Below are positions 10,115 through 20,153 of a stretch of DNA of 64,000 bases, piece by piece. Origin of the DNA: Actinomycetota bacterium (GTDB lineage Bacteria > Actinomycetota > Acidimicrobiia > Acidimicrobiales > Palsa-688). The stretch is taken from positions 10,618-74,617 of the forward strand of contig JAJPKN010000053.1 of NCBI GenBank assembly GCA_021323695.1, read 5' to 3'. The position numbers and the translations under genes were made by a program. Position 1 is the stretch's first letter. Each line of letters begins with the position of its first letter. The notes beneath the pieces are model-generated. The model saw only the letters and a program-made list of their open reading frames with translations. It made no database searches and was not told the DNA's origin.

Positions 10115-11435
10115 GCTCCCTCAGGCGGTCGGGCGGGAAGGGGCAACCCCCTTCACGGATGTGCGCCAGGTACTCGTCCCGGAACATGCGGATGCTGGAG
10201 GCGACCGAAGGGGGTATGGAGGGGCCGAGCGGGCATATGGTCGTCTGGGCCGGAGGCCAGACGAGGCCGGGGGAAATGTTGTCGCAGACGTCTAGGACCA
10301 GGTCCAAGTCGGCCTCCCGCCCGTGGCCGTCCTCCAGGCGCCGCATGATCTTTTCGACCCAGCCCGAGCCCTCCCGGCAGGGGGTGCACTGGCCGCAGGA
10401 CTCGCGGTGGTAAAAGCGGCTGATCCTCCAGGCCGCCCGGACGGCGCAGGTGTCCTCGTCCATCACGGTCACCGCCCCCGAGCCGGCCATGGACCCGGCC
10501 TGGGCTATGGCGCTGTTGGCCAGGGTTATGTCAAGCTGGTCGGGCCCGAACCAGGGGGAGGACACGCCGCCGGGTATGAACGCCTTGAGGGCCTTGCCGT
10601 CGCGGACGCCTCCTCCCAACGAGCGGTCGTAGATGAGCTCCCGGAAGGTCAGCTTGGCGAACTCGACCTCGTAATTGCCGGGCCGCTGCACCCGGCCCGA
10701 CAGGGCCAGGATCTTGGTGCCCCGGGACGTCCCTTCCCCCAAGGCGCAGAAGGCATCGGCGCCGTTGAGCAGCACCCAGGGCAGGTTGGACAGGGTCTCG
10801 ACGTTGTTGACCACGGTGGGCGCGCCGTACAGGCCGATGACTGCCGGGTAGTAGGGGGGCTTGATGCGGGGGTAGCCGCGCTTGCCCTCCAGGCTCTCCA
10901 GCAGGGCCGTCTCGTCCCCGCATATGTAGGCACCGGCCCCCGGGTGGACCACGATGTCGACCGAGAAGCCCGAGCCGAAGATGTCCCTGCCCACCGCACC
11001 GTGCTCGTAGGCCTCGTTGAGGGCCGCCTGCACCCGCTCCTGGGCCAGCGCCATCTCACCTCTCACGTAGATGAACACCTGGTCAGCACCGATGGCGTAA
11101 GCGCAGATGAGGGCCCCCTCGATCAGCTGGTGGGGGTCGGCCTCCATGAGGGCGTGGTCCTTGAAGGTGGCCGGCTCGCTCTCGTCCCCGTTCACCACCA
11201 GGTAGACGGGCTTGGCCTTGCGGAGCATGCCCCATTTGCGGCCGGCATCGAAGCCCGCCCCGCCCCGCCCGAGGAGGCTGGCGGCCAGCACGACCTGGTG
11301 GACCTCCTCCGGGCCCATGCCCAACGCCTTGCGCAGGCCCTGGTAGCCTCCGTGGGCCAGGTAGGACTGCAGCGTCCAGCTCCGGTCGAGGCCGAAGTGC
11401 GCGGTGACCACCCGGGGGGCCTGGGTGACGGTCAA
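10101..11435 (-). CDS. nuoF: NADH-quinone oxidoreductase subunit F
   Basis: Motifs GRGGAGFDAGRKW and ESCGQCTPCREG. The track ORF extends to 11603 over the nuoE tail. TTG at 11435 overlapping the nuoE stop (TTGA) is taken as the start, so the start is uncertain. Confidence 0.9.
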   Translation of the reverse strand: MTVTQAPRVVTAHFGLDRSWTLQSYLAHGGYQGLRKALGMGPEEVHQVVLAASLLGRGGAGFDAGRKWGMLRKAKPVYLVVNGDESEPATFKDHALMEADPHQLIEGALICAYAIGADQVFIYVRGEMALAQERVQAALNEAYEHGAVGRDIFGSGFSVDIVVHPGAGAYICGDETALLESLEGKRGYPRIKPPYYPAVIGLYGAPTVVNNVETLSNLPWVLLNGADAFCALGEGTSRGTKILALSGRVQRPGNYEVEFAKLTFRELIYDRSLGGGVRDGKALKAFIPGGVSSPWFGPDQLDITLANSAIAQAGSMAGSGAVTVMDEDTCAVRAAWRISRFYHRESCGQCTPCREGSGWVEKIMRRLEDGHGREADLDLVLDVCDNISPGLVWPPAQTTICPLGPSIPPSVASSIRMFRDEYLAHIREGGCPFPPDRLREHARA

Positions 11436-12151
11436 GCCCCCTCCTCGTTGTGCTCGAGGACGGTGCTGGAGACGGCCGAGGTGGTCTTGGAGTTGGCCAG
11501 CTCGACCTCCGCCCCGCCGCCCCGGGCTGGCACCGGGCGGCCGGCCGGGCCAGGCCCGACGGGCGGCTTGGCCATGAGGCCCACTGACCGCCGGACCCGG
11601 CACAGGGCCCCGTGGGGGGGCACCTCGGCCTCCAGGCGGCCGGCCCGCAGGTCCTCAGCCAGGCTGTCCCACGCCCCCCGGTCCATGTCGCCGAAGAACC
11701 GCCAGTTGACCGTGAGGCAGGGAGCGTTGCCGCACAGCGCCAGGCATTCGGCCTCTTCCAGGGTGAAGGTGCCGTCGGGCGTGGTGCCTCCCGGCGGTAC
11801 GCCCAGGCTCTGCTCTATGTGCTCCAGCAGCTCGTACGCCCCGGCCAGCATGCAGGCGATATTGGTGCACACGGCCACCACGTACTTGCCCACCGGCTCT
11901 AGGTGGAACATGTCGTAGAAGCTGGCTGTGCCCCGGACCTCGGCCGGCTCCAAGCCGAGCAGTTCGGCAACGTGCTCGATGCCCTCGGGGCTCAGGTAAC
12001 CGTCTTGCTCCTGCACCAGGTGGAGCAGGGGCAGCATGGCCGACCGGCGCAAGGGGTAGAGCGCGATCAGCTCGTGGGCCCGCGTCAGGTTTTCGGGGGT
12101 GAGCCTGGCCACGTCTATTGATCTTTGCCGACACGCCCTGCTCGGGCCCAA
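11432..12151 (-). CDS. nuoE: NADH-quinone oxidoreductase subunit E
   Basis: Motifs AVCTNIACMLAG and EAECLALCGNAPC (2Fe-2S thioredoxin-like). Start may instead be the GTG near 12112. About 55-aa C-terminal tail. Confidence 0.85.
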   Translation of the reverse strand: MGPSRACRQRSIDVARLTPENLTRAHELIALYPLRRSAMLPLLHLVQEQDGYLSPEGIEHVAELLGLEPAEVRGTASFYDMFHLEPVGKYVVAVCTNIACMLAGAYELLEHIEQSLGVPPGGTTPDGTFTLEEAECLALCGNAPCLTVNWRFFGDMDRGAWDSLAEDLRAGRLEAEVPPHGALCRVRRSVGLMAKPPVGPGPAGRPVPARGGGAEVELANSKTTSAVSSTVLEHNEEGA

Positions 12152-12173
12152 TCGGGCATGGGGGAGGGGGGCC

Positions 12174-13559
12174 TCACCGGTCCACGTCGCCCAGGACCGG
12201 GTCGATGCTGGAGATGCAGGCGATCAGGTCGGGTATGAACCCGCCCCTGGCCATGGGGGCCAAGGCCTGCAGGTTGGCGAAGGAGGGGGTGCGCATGTGG
12301 AGGCGGTAGGGGCGCGAGCTGCCGTCAGAGACGATGTAGCAGCCGAGCTCACCCCGAGGCGACTCGGTCGGCACGTAGGCGTCGCCCGCCGGGGGCCGGG
12401 GGCCCTCGGTGAACAGCTTGAAGTGCAAGATGAGCGCCTCCATCGACTCGTCGATGCGGTTGCGCGGTGGGGGGGTGGCCTTTTTGTCCTGGGCACGGTA
12501 GTCACCCCTGGGCATGGCCTTGGCCACCTGCCGGACGATCTTCACCGACTCGCGGATCTCGGCCATCCTGATGGCAAAACGGTCCCAGCAGTCACCGTTG
12601 GTGCCCACCATCACGTCGAAGTCGACCTCGTCGTAGGCGAGGTAGGGGAAATCGCGGCGGACGTCGTAGGCCACCCCGGTCGAGCGCAGCAGGGGGCCGG
12701 ACAGCCCCAGGCTCACTGCCGTGGCCGCGTCCAGGGCCCCCACCCCGTCCATGCGCTCTTGGAACACGGGCTGGCCGGTGAGCAGGCGGTCGTACTCGTC
12801 CATGCGCCGTTCCACGGTGTCGCAGATGGCGGCCACGTCGTCCCGCCAGCCGTCGGGGAGGTCGGCCGCCACCCCACCGGGGCGGACGTAGTTGTGGTTC
12901 ATCCGCAGCCCGGTCACTTTTTCGAAGAAGGCGAGCAGCAGTTCCCGGTCCCGCCAGCCGTAGACCATCATGTTGAGCGCCCCCAGGTCGGCGCCATTGG
13001 TCGCCAGCCACAGCAGGTGGGAGGCGATGCGGTTGAGCTCGCACATCAACATGCGGATCCAGGTGGCCCGGGGTGGGACTTCGATGCCCGCCAGGCACTC
13101 GACCGACAGGCAGTAGGCGGTCTCGTTGAAGAACGGCGACAGGTAGTCCATCCGGGTGACGTTGGTCGACCCCTGGTGGTACATGAGCTCCTCGCCCGTT
13201 TTCTCCATGCCCGTGTGCAGGTACCCGACCACCGGCTTGGTGCGCAGGACCTGCTCGCCTCGGATCTCGGCCATCACCCGCAGCACCCCGTGGGTGGAGG
13301 GATGGTTGGGCCCCAGGTTCAAGATCATGGTCTCGTCGTCGGGCGCTTCGTAGTTGAAATCCCCGCTGTCCAAGGCCACCCCTTCGGGTAGCCGGAGCAC
13401 TCCTCCCAGCTCCGCCCGCAGCTCCTTGATGCTTGTCTCGTGCCGGGCCAGGAGCTCCTGGGCGCCCTCGGAGGTCTTGGCCTTCAACAGCTCCACCAGC
13501 TGCTGGCGGCTTTGACGGACGGGGGCGGGCGGGGTGCCGGGTGCGGGGACGCTGGTCAT
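12174..13559 (-). CDS. nuoD: NADH-quinone oxidoreductase subunit D
   Basis: Track ORF runs to 13733. ATG at 13559 overlaps the nuoC stop (ATGA). Contains LNLGPNHPSTHGVLR and a C-terminal DPVLGDVDR. Confidence 0.9.
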   Translation of the reverse strand: MTSVPAPGTPPAPVRQSRQQLVELLKAKTSEGAQELLARHETSIKELRAELGGVLRLPEGVALDSGDFNYEAPDDETMILNLGPNHPSTHGVLRVMAEIRGEQVLRTKPVVGYLHTGMEKTGEELMYHQGSTNVTRMDYLSPFFNETAYCLSVECLAGIEVPPRATWIRMLMCELNRIASHLLWLATNGADLGALNMMVYGWRDRELLLAFFEKVTGLRMNHNYVRPGGVAADLPDGWRDDVAAICDTVERRMDEYDRLLTGQPVFQERMDGVGALDAATAVSLGLSGPLLRSTGVAYDVRRDFPYLAYDEVDFDVMVGTNGDCWDRFAIRMAEIRESVKIVRQVAKAMPRGDYRAQDKKATPPPRNRIDESMEALILHFKLFTEGPRPPAGDAYVPTESPRGELGCYIVSDGSSRPYRLHMRTPSFANLQALAPMARGGFIPDLIACISSIDPVLGDVDR

Positions 13560-14085
13560 GGCTTGGGCGTTTCCTTGAACTGGACCGGGACCCGGGCCGT
13601 CACGTAGTCCTTGCGCAACGGGTAGCCTTCCCAGTCCTCGGGCATCAGGATGCGGGTGAGGTCGGGATGGTCGCTGAAGCGGATCCCGAACATGTCGTAG
13701 GCCTCGCGCTCGTGGGCCTCGGAGCCCGGCCACAGGTCGAACAGGCTGGGCAGCTCGGGGTTGGCGGCGGGCACCTGGCAGCGTACCCGCAGACGTTGCT
13801 TGCGGGAAAAAGACAGCAGCTCGACGACCACCTCGAAGCGCTCTGCCTGTACCCCCTCGGGCAGGCTGCGCCCCGGGTGGGTGAGGTAGTCCACGCCGGC
13901 GACGCTCATGCAGGCCTCGAAGCCGTCTTGGTAGAGGGCCTCCATGAGGGCCAGGTAGCGCTCGACGTCGGTGTGGACGGTGCGGTGGCCTCGGTCCTCG
14001 GTCACGGGGCAGCCGTGCAGCAGGGCCGGGTCACCGCCTTGTGGCTCCTGCGCCTGCTCGCCGCCCAGTGGCTCGCCCGCCTCGC

Positions 14086-14089
<4 letters not shown>
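13556..14089 (-). CDS. nuoC: NADH-quinone oxidoreductase subunit C
   Basis: 177 aa with [44 protein letters not shown]. Confidence 0.9.
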
Positions 14090-14633
<544 letters not shown>

Positions 14634-14634
<1 letters not shown>

Positions 14635-15188
14635 CAGCCGACCACCCTAGCCTTCGGGGCCGCGCTCGCCGGGCTGGCCGCCGGCCCGCCAGCCGCGGCG
14701 GCCGCCTCCCCTCCCCGGGCGGCCCACGGGCTGGCCTGGGGGGTTGGCGCACCCGGGCGGCTGACCCGGCGCACAGTGGCGCTGACGCTACGGGTTACCG
14801 GCGCCCCGCTCCGGCTGCCCGCCCGCTTGCCTGGCCCCCAGTCGAGCGCTCCCTCCGACACCAAGTAGGCGAAAGCGACGAACACCACCAACGCAAAGCT
14901 CGCCATTTCCACCAGGCCGAACAGGCCCAGTTGGTTGAACATGACGGCGAGGGGGTAGAGGAACACGATCTCGATGTCGAAGATGATGAAGATCATCGCC
15001 ACCAGGTAGAAGCGCACCGGGAACCTCGCCGGGGGCTCCCGCCGGGGGGCGATCCCCGACTCGAAGGGGCCCAGCTTGGCCGGGTTGAGGCGCGGGCGGG
15101 GGCCGAGCATGCGGGACGCCGCAAAGGAGCCCACGGCGAACACCAAGCCCAAGGCGAAGATGAGCAGCAGGGGCAAGTACTGGTCCAC
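14634..15188 (-). CDS. nuoA: NADH-quinone oxidoreductase subunit A
   Basis: Core [42 protein letters not shown], then about 65 aa of Ala/Pro/Gly-rich tail. First gene of the operon. Confidence 0.9.
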
Positions 15189-15342
15189 TGCCTGCTCAGG
15201 CTAGCGTCATCGGGCCCGGGTGCTCACCTCGTGGGCCGGGCGCTCGGCCGGCCCCCCGGGGCAGGCGACGCTGCCGCCGTCGGCCGGGCGCCGGCGGCCG
15301 GGCGGTTTGGCCACCTGCCTCTGGCTCGTGTCTAATGGGTCG

Positions 15343-16674
15343 GTGAGCTCGGCGCCCCTCACCGCGGACCGCCGTTGCGACGTGCTCGTGGTCGGGGCCG
15401 GGCCGTCCGGCTCGGCCTGCGCCTACTGGCTGGCCAAGGCCGGCGCGGACGTCGTTGTAGTCGAGCGCAAGGCCTTCCCCCGCGAAAAGACTTGCGGGGA
15501 CGGCCTCACCCCCCGGGCCGTGCGCCAGCTGGAGGACATGGGCCTGGCGGCCGAGCTGGCAGGGTGCCACAGGTACTGGGGGTTGCGTTCCCACGGCTTC
15601 GGCTGCGACCTCGAGCTGCCCTGGCCGGCGGTGAAGGGGATGCCCACCCATGGTTACGTGGTGACGAGGTACGACCTGGACGCGCTGGTGGCCGCCCACG
15701 CCGTGAAGGCCGGGGCCACGCTCTGGGAGCACACCGAGGCGACGGAGCCGGTCACCGAGGACGGGTGCCTGCGGGGCGCCCGGCTCTCGGCCAAGGGCCC
15801 CGACGGCCGCTCCGGGGTGGTGAGGGCGCGCTACGTGGTGGTGGCGGACGGGGCCAACTCCCGCTTTGGCTGGGCCATCGGCAACCGGCGCAACCGGGCC
15901 TACCCCATGGGCATGGCCCTGCGGGGCTACTGGGCATCTCCCCGCCACGACGAGCCCTGGATCGACTCCTGGCTGGACGTCCGGGACGCCACGGGCAAGG
16001 TGGTCCCCGGCTATGGGTGGATCTTCCCGATGGGTGACGGGCGGGTCAACGTCGGGGTCGGCCTGCTCACCACCTCAGACCGTTGGAAAGGCGTCAACAC
16101 CACCCAGCTGCTGGAGGCGTTCTGCCGGTACGTGCCCGAGACGTGGGGGCTGCGGGGCACGGCACCCCTGGCCCCTCCCACCGGTGGCCGCCTGCCCATG
16201 GGCCTGGCCGTGGGCCCCAGGTGGGGCCCGAGCCACCTGGTGGTCGGTGACGCAGCCGGGGCCGTGAACCCGTTCAACGGGGAGGGCATCTCCTACGGTT
16301 ACGAGACAGGGCGCTTGGCCGCGGAGGTCCTGCAGGAGGCGCTCGGAGGGGGTGGGCCGGGGGCGCTGGCTGGTTACGAACGACGCCTGCTTGCCACGTA
16401 CGGCTCGTACTACCGGGTGGCCCGGGCCTTCGTGCAGCTCATAAGCCGGCCTCGGGTGATGCGGGCCGGTGCGGCCGTCGGGATGCACAGCCGGGTGTTC
16501 ATGGCCCAGCTGTTGCGGGTCATGGCCAACTTGCTCCGCCCGGACCAGCTGGGGCCGGCGGAGGCTGGCTACAAGCTGCTCAGCGCGCTGGCCCGGGCGT
16601 TGCCGGGCACGGAGGCTGCGGCCGACGCCCAGGCCTGGGCGCCTGCCTCGCCTCGGGAGGGAGCCTCGGCCTGA
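15343..16674 (+). CDS. geranylgeranyl reductase family FAD-dependent oxidoreductase
   Basis: CDVLVVGAGPSGSACAYWLAKAGADVVVVERKAFPREKTCGDGLTPRAV. Divergent from nuoA. Track ORF starts at 15220; the in-frame GTG at 15343 is taken as the more plausible start. Confidence 0.8.
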   Translation: MSSAPLTADRRCDVLVVGAGPSGSACAYWLAKAGADVVVVERKAFPREKTCGDGLTPRAVRQLEDMGLAAELAGCHRYWGLRSHGFGCDLELPWPAVKGMPTHGYVVTRYDLDALVAAHAVKAGATLWEHTEATEPVTEDGCLRGARLSAKGPDGRSGVVRARYVVVADGANSRFGWAIGNRRNRAYPMGMALRGYWASPRHDEPWIDSWLDVRDATGKVVPGYGWIFPMGDGRVNVGVGLLTTSDRWKGVNTTQLLEAFCRYVPETWGLRGTAPLAPPTGGRLPMGLAVGPRWGPSHLVVGDAAGAVNPFNGEGISYGYETGRLAAEVLQEALGGGGPGALAGYERRLLATYGSYYRVARAFVQLISRPRVMRAGAAVGMHSRVFMAQLLRVMANLLRPDQLGPAEAGYKLLSALARALPGTEAAADAQAWAPASPREGASA

Positions 16675-16714
16675 GCAACCGGCCGGGGGCAGCAAGCCGC
16701 CCGGCACCCGCCCG

Positions 16715-16812
16715 CCTCAGCCCGGTGCCAACCTCAGCCCGGTGCCAACCTCAGCCCGGTGCCAACCTCAGCCCGGTGCCAACCTCAGCCCGGTGCCAAC
16801 CTCAGCCCGGTG
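16715..16812. repeat. perfect 17-bp tandem repeat, unit CCTCAGCCCGGTGCCAA, 5 full copies plus 13 nt
   Basis: Read directly from the sequence. Units start at 16715, 16732, 16749, 16766 and 16783, with a partial unit at 16800-16812. Lies between convergent genes. The stop codon of the DUF929-like gene (16802-16804) sits in the last partial unit. Confidence 0.95.
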
Positions 16813-17875
16813 GCGGCGCGGTTTGCTGGTTGAAACTGTTGGGCAGGGGGATGTCCTTCAGGCCGGCGGGCAACTGGTGGCACACCCCAGCGGTGTCGTT
16901 GATGGCCAGGCAGATGGCCCCCACCATGCGGGCCGCCAGGCTGCGGGCAGCCTGTGCCAGCCCGGAGCTGCCGGCCAGCTTCGCCCATGTGGCCTGCAGC
17001 GCCGAGGCGCTGGCCACCCCGGAGGTGGCGAGGGTGGCGGCGGGGTAACCCGGGCCGGCCAGGTAGTAGTGGCCGCCGAAGTCGATGAACGGGAGCGTGC
17101 CGGACGCGCTTGTGTAGGGGGGGATGTCCCAGTTGGCCAGGACGTCTTGTTGGGCTGGGGACAGCTCTTGGAGAGGTTGCCAGCGGCCCGCCCCCAGCCG
17201 GTGGGTGGTGTACATCTCCAGGCCCACGAACCTGATGTACCTGCTGGCATAGCTGGACTGGTAGAAGTCCAAGCCGATGGTGGCGGGGTTGTGGCTGCCG
17301 ACGGAGGCGACGTAGCCGAGCCGGTGGAACGTCCCGAACTGGTCGAGCGCCATCACCAGTGGCCACGAGGCATCGGAGCAGTAGCCGTCGTGCTCGTTGC
17401 AGAAGTACAGGACTTCTGCCTTGCCGCCTTGCTCGAGCAGGGGTGCCGAGGACGGCAGTTGCTGGAGGGCGCTGGAGCGCGTGGGGCTGTGACGCCAGCT
17501 GGCGACGAGCGTGGCCAGCGCCACGTCCTGCAGGTCGCGCAGGGTGGCCCGGGGGACGGCCTTTTCGTCTGGGGCCAGGGCCGGGGAGACCAGCTTGATG
17601 ACCGCCCGGGACGGGCGTGGCACCACCGTCAGGCCGGCCAGCGTCAAGGCGATGGCCAGCGCCCCAGCCGCGTACCAGGCCTTCTTGCTGAGCGCCAAGC
17701 GCGGCTTGCTGAGCCCGAAGCGTGGCCCCGAGGGGCGACGGGGGGGCCGGGCACGGGGAGAACGAGGCCGGCCATGGCTGGCGCTCACGAGCGGCGGGGC
17801 CGGCCGGCTGGTCAACTGGCCCAGCGGCACGGCACCCGGGCGGCGCCTCCTCGTCGCTTTGGACCTGGTCGCCAT
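16802..17875 (-). CDS. membrane-anchored DUF929-like protein (thioredoxin-like fold family)
   Basis: Track ORF is 16802..18505, but its upstream part overlaps hemL. ATG at 17875 gives MATRSKATRRRR..., an Arg-rich N-terminus, one TM segment (AWYAAGALAIALTLAGLTVV), then FCNEHDGYCSDASWPLVMALDQFGTFHRLGY. Family call is from memory of DUF929 sequences. Confidence 0.6.
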   Translation of the reverse strand: MATRSKATRRRRPGAVPLGQLTSRPAPPLVSASHGRPRSPRARPPRRPSGPRFGLSKPRLALSKKAWYAAGALAIALTLAGLTVVPRPSRAVIKLVSPALAPDEKAVPRATLRDLQDVALATLVASWRHSPTRSSALQQLPSSAPLLEQGGKAEVLYFCNEHDGYCSDASWPLVMALDQFGTFHRLGYVASVGSHNPATIGLDFYQSSYASRYIRFVGLEMYTTHRLGAGRWQPLQELSPAQQDVLANWDIPPYTSASGTLPFIDFGGHYYLAGPGYPAATLATSGVASASALQATWAKLAGSSGLAQAARSLAARMVGAICLAINDTAGVCHQLPAGLKDIPLPNSFNQQTAPPPG

Positions 17876-17889
17876 GGCTATGTAGGGTA

Positions 17890-19164
17890 CTAGGGCCCTT
17901 CTGCGGCCACGGCTCGGGCCACGGCGCGGAAGGCTTCCACGGTCTGGTCGAGCTCGGCTTGGCCATGAGCCAGGCTGGGGAACATGACCTCGTAGGGCCC
18001 CGGTGCGATGGCCACCCCTTCCCGCAGCAGCCCACGCATCAAAGGGGCGTACAAGCCAGTGGCGGCCGAAGCCTGGGCCCCGGCGTAGTCGTGGACCGGC
18101 TCCGGGCCAAAGGACACCCCCAACAGCGGCCCCACCACCGGCACTTGGACCTCCAGGCCGGCTTCGTGGGCCGCCTGTGCCAACGCCGAGCCCAACTGCC
18201 GGGCGAAGGCCGACAGCTGCCGGTAGGAGTCGTCGTCCAGCAGGGAAAGGACGGCCAAGCCGGCTGCGGTCGCCACCGGGTTGCCCGACAGGGTGCCCGC
18301 TTGGTAGACGGGGCCCTCGGGGGCGAGCTGCTCCATTATCTCCCGCCGGCCGCCGAAAGCGGCCAGGGGCAGCCCCCCGCCTACCACTTTGCCGAAGCAC
18401 CAGAGGTCCGGCCTCACCCCCAGCAGCGTCGACGCCCCGCCCCGGGCCACCCGGAAGCCGGTCACCACTTCGTCGAATATGAGGACGGCCCCGCAGCGGG
18501 TGCATTCCTCGCGTAGGGCCTCCAAGAAGCCAGGCTGGGGGGCCACCAGGCCCATGTTGGCGGCTACCGGCTCCACGATGACGCAGGCGACCCGCTCGTC
18601 CAGCTGGGGGCAGTGGTTGTAGGGCACGACCAGTGTGTGGGAAACCGCGTCGAGCGGCACCCCGGCGGACGCCGGGAGGCCGAGGGTGGCCATGCCACTG
18701 CCGCTGGCGGCCAACAGGGCGTCCGCGTGCCCGTGGTAGCCGCCGGCGAAGACCACGACCCGGTCGCGTCCGGTGGCCCCTCGGGCCAGGCGCACAGCCG
18801 CCATGGCCGCTTCGGTCCCGCTCGAGACCAGCCGCACCTGTTCACAACCGGGGACACGGGAGCAGATCTCCTCGGCCAGCAGGACCTCGCGCTCGGTGGG
18901 GGCCCCGAAGCTGGTCCCTTCGGCCACCGCCCGGCGGACGGCTTCGGTGACCTTGTCGTGGGCGTGCCCCAGGATGGAGGCCCCGTAGGACTGGACGTAG
19001 TCGATGTAGCGCCTGCCTTCCACGTCCCACACGTAGGCCCCGTGCCCCACGGCAACGAAATAGGGGGTGCCGCCAACGGCCCGGAACGCCCGTACCGGGG
19101 AGTTGACCCCTCCGGGGATGACCCGGAGCGCCCGTTCGAAAAGGGCCTGGTTGGTCTCCGCCAC
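17890..19164 (-). CDS. hemL: glutamate-1-semialdehyde 2,1-aminomutase
   Basis: FERALRVIPGGVNSPVRAFRAVGG and the PLP lysine in CFGKVVGGGLP. Confidence 0.95.
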   Translation of the reverse strand: MAETNQALFERALRVIPGGVNSPVRAFRAVGGTPYFVAVGHGAYVWDVEGRRYIDYVQSYGASILGHAHDKVTEAVRRAVAEGTSFGAPTEREVLLAEEICSRVPGCEQVRLVSSGTEAAMAAVRLARGATGRDRVVVFAGGYHGHADALLAASGSGMATLGLPASAGVPLDAVSHTLVVPYNHCPQLDERVACVIVEPVAANMGLVAPQPGFLEALREECTRCGAVLIFDEVVTGFRVARGGASTLLGVRPDLWCFGKVVGGGLPLAAFGGRREIMEQLAPEGPVYQAGTLSGNPVATAAGLAVLSLLDDDSYRQLSAFARQLGSALAQAAHEAGLEVQVPVVGPLLGVSFGPEPVHDYAGAQASAATGLYAPLMRGLLREGVAIAPGPYEVMFPSLAHGQAELDQTVEAFRAVARAVAAEGP

Positions 19165-19168
19165 CTCT

Positions 19169-20152
19169 TCAGCCGTTCAGGATCTCCGCCAGTTCGCCGG
19201 CGAAGTAGGTGAGGATGAAGTCGGCACCGGCACGCTTGACCGCCCCGATGTGCTCCAGCGCCACGGCTGTCCCGTCCAGCCAGCCCCGCTCCGCCGCCGC
19301 CTTCACCATGGCGTACTCGCCGCTCACATGGTATGCCGCCAGCGGGACCTGGAACTGCTGGCGGGCTTTGGCGATGACGTCCAGGTAGGCCAGGGCCGGC
19401 TTCACCATCACGATGTCGGCGCCTTCCTCCACGTCCAGCGCGATCTCCCGCAGCGCCTCGCGTGCGTTGCGGGGGTCTTGCTGGTAGCTGCGGCGGTCCC
19501 CCCCACCGGCGATGCTCACGCCCACGGCCTCCCGGAACGGCCCGTAGAGGGCCGATGAGTACTTGGCCGCGTAGGCCAGCACCCCCACGTCGGCCCACCC
19601 GGCGCCGTCCAAGGCGGCGCGGATGGCCGCCACCTGGCCGTCCATCATCCCCGACGGGGCCACCAGGTCCGCGCCCGCCCGGGCCTGGGCCACCGCCACC
19701 TGGCCGTAGAGCTCCAAGGTGGGGTCGTTGGCTACCTCGCCCCCCGGGCCGAGCACCCCGCAGTGGCCGTGGTCGGTGTACTCGTCCAGGCACAGGTCAG
19801 AGATGAGGACCATGTGGGAGCCGACCTCCGCCCTCAGGGCCTCCAAGCCCACCTGGACGATGCCGTTGGGGTCCCAGGCTTGGCTCCCTTGAGGGTCCTT
19901 GGTCGCGGGCACGCCGAAGAGGACCAAGGCCGGTACCCCGAGGTCGGCCAGCCGCCGGGCTTCTTTGGCCAGCGACTCGACGGTGTGCTGGACCACCCCG
20001 GGCAGTGCTGCTATGGGCTGGGGCGCGTCGGTCCCCTCCCGCACGAACAAGGGGGCGACCAGGTCGTCGACCGACAAGCGCGTCTCGGCCACCAGGTCGC
20101 GCAGGCGGGCCGAGCGGCGCAACCGGCGCATGCGGTTCTGGGGGAAGCTCAT
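19169..20152 (-). CDS. hemB: porphobilinogen synthase
   Basis: RMRRLRRSARLRDLV, DLCLDEYTDHGHCG, VMVKPALAYLDV. Confidence 0.95.
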   Translation of the reverse strand: MSFPQNRMRRLRRSARLRDLVAETRLSVDDLVAPLFVREGTDAPQPIAALPGVVQHTVESLAKEARRLADLGVPALVLFGVPATKDPQGSQAWDPNGIVQVGLEALRAEVGSHMVLISDLCLDEYTDHGHCGVLGPGGEVANDPTLELYGQVAVAQARAGADLVAPSGMMDGQVAAIRAALDGAGWADVGVLAYAAKYSSALYGPFREAVGVSIAGGGDRRSYQQDPRNAREALREIALDVEEGADIVMVKPALAYLDVIAKARQQFQVPLAAYHVSGEYAMVKAAAERGWLDGTAVALEHIGAVKRAGADFILTYFAGELAEILNG

Positions 20153-20153
20153 G

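Noticed and set aside
16715-16812. Possible CRISPR array
   Set aside because: The repeats are directly adjacent with no spacers, the unit is only 17 bp, and no cas genes are present. It is a plain tandem repeat.
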